Source: a virus (Duplodnaviria > Caudoviricetes). From it: a stretch of DNA of 50,006 nucleotides. The notes beneath the pieces are model-generated. The model was given only the letters and a program-made list of their open reading frames with translations, did no database searches and was not told the DNA's origin. The DNA lies in the IMG/VR virus record IMGVR_UViG_3300012041_000007, positions 1 through 50,006 of that record, one strand, 5' to 3'. Made by a program: the position numbers and the translations under genes. The number at the start of each line of letters is the position of its first letter. Position 1 is the first letter of the stretch. Of the stretch, positions 43,650-50,006 are shown in pieces.

Positions 43650-44237
43650 ATGGCTAAAAGAAAACAAGGTCCAACTTATGCAAGGGAGAAGAAAGCTGAA
43701 CCATTAAAAGGTTTAGGAAAGGATATTAACTTACCTATTGAAACAATTGTTCCTAAAACCCATCCTTCTGACGTAGAAGAAGGAATGATAGAAAAGGTTA
43801 TTAAGAAGTCTGCTAGGGCACGAGGAGCATATCTAGATGAAGATGAGCCATACTTAGAACAATATCTTCATCCAGATAAAGATATATTACAAGTACAACC
43901 AGACAGACCTACTATTGGTAAGCCGGATGATTTACCCCATAGAAAACTGCATGTTCTTCCAGCCTCAAGATATGATGATGAATTATATAATGTAGAAGGA
44001 TTAGGGCATTTTAAATATGATAAGACTAATCCTAAGTATGATAGCGTTTATGACATTTGGGATTTTGATACTAAGAGTGAATTGACTGATCAGAGGAAAC
44101 CAGAGATACTTCCTAGCCTTGCTAATATTGAAAGCTGGATTGCTAAAGAAGCTATGAAGCGAGCCGGTAAACCATATACAGTTTATGAGAGAGTTCCTAA
44201 AGGTACTGACCAACGTAAATGGAAGACTGGTAAGTAA
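43650..44237 (+). CDS. Hypothetical protein (start uncertain, 43611 or 43650)
   Basis: Coupled to terL by TAATG; VYDIWDF motif. Confidence 0.65.
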   Translation: MAKRKQGPTYAREKKAEPLKGLGKDINLPIETIVPKTHPSDVEEGMIEKVIKKSARARGAYLDEDEPYLEQYLHPDKDILQVQPDRPTIGKPDDLPHRKLHVLPASRYDDELYNVEGLGHFKYDKTNPKYDSVYDIWDFDTKSELTDQRKPEILPSLANIESWIAKEAMKRAGKPYTVYERVPKGTDQRKWKTGK

Positions 44238-45898
44238 TGCTTACTCAGAAGATTGAAGTTCAATCGGTAGTTGAACGGGAGTTTACTCCCACAAAGAAGC
44301 AAAATGACTTTATCGCAATTCCTTGGTCTGTTAAGGAAGCATTGTACGGTGGTGCTGCTGGAGCCGGAAAGACAGAACTCATTATATGGCTGCCTCTTAT
44401 CTATCAGTTCCATGAACATCCTTTGTACAAGGGAATCATATTACGTCGTAATCTCAAACAATTAGAAACAGAATTAATATCTCGTTCTAAAGAAATATAT
44501 CCATCATTAGGCGGAGTTTTTAATGATACCAAAAAGAAGTGGACTTTCCCCTCAGGAGCGGTTCAATATTTTGGCGGAGCGGATAAAGAAGATGATATTA
44601 GAAAGTTCGACTCCGACCAGTATAACCTCATTTCATATGATGAAGCAACACATTTTACAGAATTCCAGTATTCATATCTCGTTATGTCCCGGCTCCGTTC
44701 TAGATGTGCGGATCTTCCTGCCATTGCAAGGAGCGGAACCAATCCTGGAAATGTTGGTCATGCATACTTTAAGAAGAGATTCGTTAAGCCTTGGAAAGAA
44801 GGCTACAGACTCTTAATAGATTCTATTACCGGACTGAAAAGGATATTCATTCCGGCAAGGATTCAAGACAATCCTACACTATTAGCAAACAATCCAGAGT
44901 ACATCCAACAGTTGATGTCTCTGAGTGAAGCAGAAAAGAAAGCTAAACTCTACGGTGATTGGGATACATATGAAGGACAAGTCTTTAATGAATTTAGACT
45001 TGAACCATTATCTGATGAGCCGGATAATGCCAGGCACGTCATTGAACCATTTAATATTCCAAGCTGGTGGCCCCGTTTCATTGCGATTGATTGGGGATAC
45101 GCTGCTTATACAGTCATCTACTGGGCTGCTCTGTCTCCCAATGGACGAGTCTTTGTTTACCGAGAGTATGCTTTCAAAGGTAAAAAAGTCGTTGACTATC
45201 TCACAGATCTCATAAACTTAACCCAGCCGGAGGAACGAGAGATACTTGCTAAGGTTAAGATTTGTCATTCAGCCGACCAGAACAAAGGTGAACCATCAAC
45301 AATATATGATCAACTCCAGAAGTCTTTACGCAAAGCGGAATTCAAATGTGGCATTGAACTTGGAGAAAGAAATAGAATTAATGGTAAGCTGGCTTTACAT
45401 GAATACCTCCGGTGGACGCCTAAGGACTCAGTGGCTAAAATATATGGAGGAGATTTCGACAAAGAATATGCAGACAAAGTATATAGACTCTACGGTCAAA
45501 CAGCTTATGTAGAATATGTAAAGCTATTTGAGCAAGAGAAGGATGAAAAGAATTTACCTAAGCTTCAAATATTTGATACTTGTCCCATGTTAGTAGAAAC
45601 GATTCCGGCTTGCGTATACGCTGACTCTCCAGAAGAAGGAAAGAAAGCGGAGGACGTAAAGGAGTTTGACGGTGACGACCCTTACGACTGTATACGAATC
45701 CTCCTCACCGGAATCAGGGAATACCAAGTTCAAAATGCCAAGCAATTTGAGCATGATGCAAAGACTCAAGAAGCTATTAATCAACTTTCTCAAGGCGATC
45801 AAACAGCTTTTTACCGTAAGATGGAGTTCCTCGAATCAAAGAAAGAAGCAAGAAGCGGAACAACTTTCCGTCGTCGTGGCTTTAGAAGGTACCATTAA
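44237..45898 (+). CDS. terL: Terminase large subunit
   Basis: LYGGAAGAGKT Walker A, YDEATHF Walker B, GTNPG, AIDWG and DDPYD nuclease motifs. Confidence 0.95.
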   Translation: MLTQKIEVQSVVEREFTPTKKQNDFIAIPWSVKEALYGGAAGAGKTELIIWLPLIYQFHEHPLYKGIILRRNLKQLETELISRSKEIYPSLGGVFNDTKKKWTFPSGAVQYFGGADKEDDIRKFDSDQYNLISYDEATHFTEFQYSYLVMSRLRSRCADLPAIARSGTNPGNVGHAYFKKRFVKPWKEGYRLLIDSITGLKRIFIPARIQDNPTLLANNPEYIQQLMSLSEAEKKAKLYGDWDTYEGQVFNEFRLEPLSDEPDNARHVIEPFNIPSWWPRFIAIDWGYAAYTVIYWAALSPNGRVFVYREYAFKGKKVVDYLTDLINLTQPEEREILAKVKICHSADQNKGEPSTIYDQLQKSLRKAEFKCGIELGERNRINGKLALHEYLRWTPKDSVAKIYGGDFDKEYADKVYRLYGQTAYVEYVKLFEQEKDEKNLPKLQIFDTCPMLVETIPACVYADSPEEGKKAEDVKEFDGDDPYDCIRILLTGIREYQVQNAKQFEHDAKTQEAINQLSQGDQTAFYRKMEFLESKKEARSGTTFRRRGFRRYH

Positions 45899-46100
45899 AT
45901 CGAAAGACGAGTTCATTGTTTACTTGCAAGATGAGGTAGCTGAACTTAAAGCTATTCTACGTGACGAGAAGCCGGAACGTATCAGAAAAGAAGTAGAGTT
46001 TAAAAGTGCAAGAGGCTATAAGTCAATTCATGCAAGAGTAAGAGAACAAGCATTAGCTAACAAGGTCAAACACGAAGCATTAGAGATTGACGTAGAATGA
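45753..46100 (+). CDS. Coiled-coil protein overlapping terL 3' end (start uncertain)
   Basis: Only ORF filling 45899-46097; ATGA coupling to portal. Confidence 0.55.
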   Translation: MMQRLKKLLINFLKAIKQLFTVRWSSSNQRKKQEAEQLSVVVALEGTIKSKDEFIVYLQDEVAELKAILRDEKPERIRKEVEFKSARGYKSIHARVREQALANKVKHEALEIDVE

Positions 46101-48343
46101 TACCTGACGGCACTGAAACACCGCCTCCGGCTGAAGATTTAGAAAAGCCGAAGCAAGCAACAGCAGTACCTGAGGAGTGGAAAGGATTACTAACCACTCT
46201 ATTGAGCAGGTGTGTCCTTGAAGATGAAGCCGTCCACTATGCATGGGTTAGAAAAGCAAAGCGTCTGGAATTATACTTCAACAACATTGTTACTCTCTTT
46301 TGGGACAACCTCCAGAATGATTGGTCCATTCCCAACTGGGATGAAAAAGAATCAGAGGGTATCCCGCCCCGTATCATTAATATATACAGACCACACGGTG
46401 AGTCTATTATTGCTGCCCTTTCTGTTGGCGTACCTGCTGTTCTGTTCTTTCCTGACGATGCTGATAATCCTGATGATATTGAGAAAGCAGAAGCTTATAG
46501 CTCACTTGCTAAAATTATCCAAAAACACAATAAAGCAAAATTACTATACATTAAAATCCTTTCGATTCTTTTCAATCAGGGAACTCCGTTTGTCTACTCT
46601 TACAGTAAGAAAGACAGAAAATTTGGTTTCTACCAGGTAGAAGAAGTTAGCCTTCAAGACCAAACCAGCCATACCCATGACTGTCCAGTTTGTGGTAATC
46701 CTTTTGGTGAAGGTGGTCAGGAACCTGTAAACATTCTCTGTCCAGGCTGCCAGCAACAGATTACTACCGAAGTAACTCCACAGACTGTCCAGATTCCTGT
46801 TCCTATTCAAGTAAACAAAGAGAAATCCAGGGTTATAATTGACCCATTTGGAGTTCTTAATGTCAAAGTTCCTTATCATGCTAGGACGCAAGAGCATTGT
46901 GGCTATCTTGTACTTAAATTTGATCAGTCAATTGCTTCTCTTCGGTCTATTTTTTGTGTAGAAGGTCCAAATGGTGAAGAACCGCTCATTGATAATATCG
47001 AGCCTTCTACTGCTGACATTTCTGTGGATAGTACTATTAGGTATCCTTCTGTTTTCTTGAATAACCAGCCGCAAAATACCGCAATAGTTCAGTGTGTTTG
47101 GTATAGACCCTGGCAATTAGAGCTAGTAACTGGTAAGGGTGACTCTACTAATAGGGATATTGTTGACCAAATCAACAAAAAGTATCCAGAAGGTACTTAC
47201 GTAATCTATATTAATGGCGATCCGGTAGAAATCAATGGCGAAGACATGGACGCGCATTGGACTATTGGTCTTGATCCTAGAAGTTCTTCGCTTCATGCTG
47301 AACCTTTAGGAACAAACCTTGCAATGATTCAGGATATTAATGCAGAAATCGACGAACTTGAGCTTCAGACGATGGAACATGGAATCGCTGAGCTATTCAT
47401 TGCGTCGGACGCTATTGATTTCCAGAAGTACGGTAATCAGCAAGCTAAACCAGGTAACATTACCCAAGCTTTCAAAGAACCGGGACGAAACATTGCAGAA
47501 AACTTCTTTGAAACTCGTACTGCTCAGCTTTCCCCTGAAATTGTTGGGCTTACTGCTAAATATCGTAATCTTGCTGAGTTTGTTACTGGCGACTTTCCTA
47601 CTGTTTACGGCGGCTCCGTTCCTGGAACTAGCACAGCGACGGAGTATACGAAAAGCCAGAATCAAGCGTTACAAAGATTGGGTTCAGTCTCAGCAATAGC
47701 CTCTTTCCTATGGGCAGACGTGATTCATAAGGCAGTATTAGAGTATGCCAGCGTTCTAGACTATGATGAGAAGCTAGTTGATAAGACTGCCACTGGATTT
47801 GAGACGACTAAAGTAGATCACATGGCTCTTAGTCGTGGTGAAGTCGGTAATTGTGAACCAGAATTCTCTGAGTTGTTGCCAATCTCTCCCATGCAGATCA
47901 AAGATACCATCATGCTCTTAATGGAGTCGAAAGACCCGATGGTAATGGCAATGCTCACCCATCCTCAGAATAATGAACTGGTAAAGAAAGCACTCTCCAT
48001 TCCCGAACTCTACATTCCTGGAATTAATGCCAGAACTAAACAGTATCGGGAAATTGGTTTACTTCAACAGCAACAGCCGGTTCCTTCTCCCAACTCTCCA
48101 TTAGGTGTTGAGCCTTCAATTGTTCCTGAAGAACATGAAGACCATCCGGTTGAGATGGAAGTTTGTGTTGTTTGGTTAACTGGTCCTAAAGGTCAGAAAG
48201 CGAAAGCAGAGAATCCGGCCGGCTACCAAAACGTTGTGCTTCATTGGAAAGCTCATCAAATGATGAAGATGATGAGGACAGATATTCCAAATGAAACACC
48301 TCCAGGTGAAGAACCCGATACCGCTTCAACAAAGATTCCATAG
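46097..48343 (+). CDS. Portal protein
   Basis: 748 aa after terL; IINIYRP...IAAL...P N-terminal motif, TATE motif; P22-like size. Confidence 0.85.
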   Translation: MIPDGTETPPPAEDLEKPKQATAVPEEWKGLLTTLLSRCVLEDEAVHYAWVRKAKRLELYFNNIVTLFWDNLQNDWSIPNWDEKESEGIPPRIINIYRPHGESIIAALSVGVPAVLFFPDDADNPDDIEKAEAYSSLAKIIQKHNKAKLLYIKILSILFNQGTPFVYSYSKKDRKFGFYQVEEVSLQDQTSHTHDCPVCGNPFGEGGQEPVNILCPGCQQQITTEVTPQTVQIPVPIQVNKEKSRVIIDPFGVLNVKVPYHARTQEHCGYLVLKFDQSIASLRSIFCVEGPNGEEPLIDNIEPSTADISVDSTIRYPSVFLNNQPQNTAIVQCVWYRPWQLELVTGKGDSTNRDIVDQINKKYPEGTYVIYINGDPVEINGEDMDAHWTIGLDPRSSSLHAEPLGTNLAMIQDINAEIDELELQTMEHGIAELFIASDAIDFQKYGNQQAKPGNITQAFKEPGRNIAENFFETRTAQLSPEIVGLTAKYRNLAEFVTGDFPTVYGGSVPGTSTATEYTKSQNQALQRLGSVSAIASFLWADVIHKAVLEYASVLDYDEKLVDKTATGFETTKVDHMALSRGEVGNCEPEFSELLPISPMQIKDTIMLLMESKDPMVMAMLTHPQNNELVKKALSIPELYIPGINARTKQYREIGLLQQQQPVPSPNSPLGVEPSIVPEEHEDHPVEMEVCVVWLTGPKGQKAKAENPAGYQNVVLHWKAHQMMKMMRTDIPNETPPGEEPDTASTKIP

Positions 48344-48350
48344 GTGACAA

Positions 48351-49655
48351 ATGTTTATTCCTAAAGTATTCTATTCTCCTGACAGTGTTACTGGAACTGG
48401 TCCAGTTGGTCAGACAGCAGACAGAACTGATAAAGAGATTTTGAATCAGGAGACTGATGATGCCGTTTCCGATGATGAAGAAGTTCCCGACGGAGGAGAC
48501 GGAGACGAAGACGAATCCGTTTCAGAAGAGGATGAAGAACCGGAAGAAGAAACCGATGAGGAAACGGATGAAGAAGACGAAGAAGATGCCGATGATGAAT
48601 CTGAAGGGACTGGGGATGAAGATGAAGTATTAGATGAAGAAGAAGAGGAAGTAGAAGAACTTGCTCTTTCAGATTTATCTAAAGCAGTAAAGAAAGCTGC
48701 TCCTGATCTCTTTAAGAAAGTTCCCGGCTTACGAGAGGCATTAGAAGAGCATAAGCAATTCGGTGCCGTTTTTGCTAATCCAGAGGAAGCTAAAGTTGCT
48801 GCTAGGAATTCTGGCTTCTTAGCTGCAATGTATAATGACATCTCTTCTGGTGATGTAGAAAGAACCGGGAACTTTCTTAAGGCGCTTGAGAACACTAACA
48901 AAGAATCCTTTGAAGATTTCTCTCATACTATTCTAGATTCTATTGGTAAATTAAATCCTCAACTTTATGGGGAAGTGATGTTGAAGCCGATGAAGAAGGC
49001 TTTAATGTCTATGTATCATGACGCATTACGAACAGGAAATAAGAATCTCGCAGCAGTTGCTATTCACGCTCATAACTATTGGTTTGACACCCAAGACATT
49101 AAAGCTCCACTGGAAGAGAGAAAGAAAGTCTCTAAGACAAAAGAGCAGGAAGATTGGGAGAAAGAGAAAGAAGAATTCGAGACTAATAAATCTTATGAGT
49201 TCAAAGGTGCAATCACAGAAGTAGTCAATCATTCTATGAAATTGTCCATCACGAAAGAACTCGATGGCCTTAAGCTTGACGATTACCAAAAGCGAAACAT
49301 TATCCGAGACATCTTCACCGGAGTTGATGAGATTCTTGGAAGCGACAAAAGATACCTTGGTGGAATCCAATCTCTTTTTGATCAGGCCAGAGGTTCCAAA
49401 TACTCACCTGATTGGAAGTCTAGAATTGTTAAGGCTTATTTACAAAGAGCCAGACAAGCCTTACCAGGAGTTCGTAATAAAGTGTTGCGAGAAGCCGGAA
49501 TTAAAGTGAAAGACCAAAAGCCTGAGTCACGCCGGATGGTACCTGCTGGTCTGGGTGGCAATAAAAGTGAAGATAAGATCGATTTCAGCAGAGTTGATCG
49601 TTCCAGAACAACTGATATGGACATCCTTAATGGGCGTCCAAAATACATCAAATAG
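48351..49655 (+). CDS. Capsid scaffolding protein
   Basis: Very acidic N-terminus, helical body, between portal and capsid. Confidence 0.7.
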   Translation: MFIPKVFYSPDSVTGTGPVGQTADRTDKEILNQETDDAVSDDEEVPDGGDGDEDESVSEEDEEPEEETDEETDEEDEEDADDESEGTGDEDEVLDEEEEEVEELALSDLSKAVKKAAPDLFKKVPGLREALEEHKQFGAVFANPEEAKVAARNSGFLAAMYNDISSGDVERTGNFLKALENTNKESFEDFSHTILDSIGKLNPQLYGEVMLKPMKKALMSMYHDALRTGNKNLAAVAIHAHNYWFDTQDIKAPLEERKKVSKTKEQEDWEKEKEEFETNKSYEFKGAITEVVNHSMKLSITKELDGLKLDDYQKRNIIRDIFTGVDEILGSDKRYLGGIQSLFDQARGSKYSPDWKSRIVKAYLQRARQALPGVRNKVLREAGIKVKDQKPESRRMVPAGLGGNKSEDKIDFSRVDRSRTTDMDILNGRPKYIK

Positions 49656-49664
49656 GAGTTTAAC

Positions 49665-50006
49665 ATGGCTGTAGGCGGAACGCAGCTCCTCTCTGTTGAA
49701 ATGGAAAAGGTTCGCAAGAAGCTTTCCATGCTCTACGAGTTGGAGTCTGCCAAGTTCTTTTCGACCGTAGAGAAGAAGGATACCGAAGTTATCTCGGAAA
49801 GAGATATGCGGATTCCTCTCGCTATTGGTCCTGGCGGATACTTCGGGTATTACAATCCCGATGGTGGAGATTTAGGGATTGGCGACGGCCAGACTTACGA
49901 CAAGGCCGTAATCAATACCGTAAACTTCAAGCACGCAATTCAGTGGAACACAAAGGCTCAGTGGGGAACGGATGACTCACGGAAGTCTGTCATTAACTTG
50001 TTCAAA
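49665..50006 (+). CDS. Major capsid protein, 5' part (continues at position 124)
   Basis: AGGAG SD, ATG 49665, open to the window end and in frame with 1..1041. Confidence 0.85.
   Translation, partial: MAVGGTQLLSVEMEKVRKKLSMLYELESAKFFSTVEKKDTEVISERDMRIPLAIGPGGYFGYYNPDGGDLGIGDGQTYDKAVINTVNFKHAIQWNTKAQWGTDDSRKSVINLFK

Noticed and set aside
49884-50006. 123-bp terminal repeat as a biological DTR
   Set aside because: It falls mid-capsid gene and preserves the frame; typical circular-assembly overlap.
1-50006. Lysogeny module, introns/inteins, or alternative genetic code
   Set aside because: No integrase or repressor cassette seen; polymerase, terminase and helicase are uninterrupted; genes tile densely under the standard code with all three stops used.

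Overview
The window is a complete, circularly assembled ~49.9 kb genome of a tailed dsDNA phage, probably podovirus-like and lytic. Bases 1-123 repeat bases 49884-50006, and the cut falls inside the major capsid gene. The + strand (41036 through the junction to 18831) carries packaging and virion genes: TerS, TerL, portal, acidic scaffold, capsid, tail adaptor and nozzle, fibres, and three large ejection-type proteins, one ending in an M15 peptidase. The - strand (about 40700 down to 18828) carries early and replication genes: UDG-fused PolA, a DUF3987-like ATPase, Sak4-like ATPase, SSB-like protein, PD-(D/E)XK nuclease, SNF2 helicase, tRNA-Leu(UAA), Acb2/Tad1-like and SLOG proteins, and a bL12-like protein. 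The most striking feature is the early region, 37083-40737. An ECF-sigma-type promoter and an rRNA-type boxA precede a chain of abutting long-range inverted repeats. Each early gene (one pair of genes in one case) is enclosed by its own unique 26-39 bp stem, with mismatches biased to G:U on the mRNA strand, and two ORF-free structured RNAs are interleaved. This resembles an rRNA-operon processing architecture applied to mRNAs. All calls come from motif reading and hand alignment; no searches or folding programs were run.
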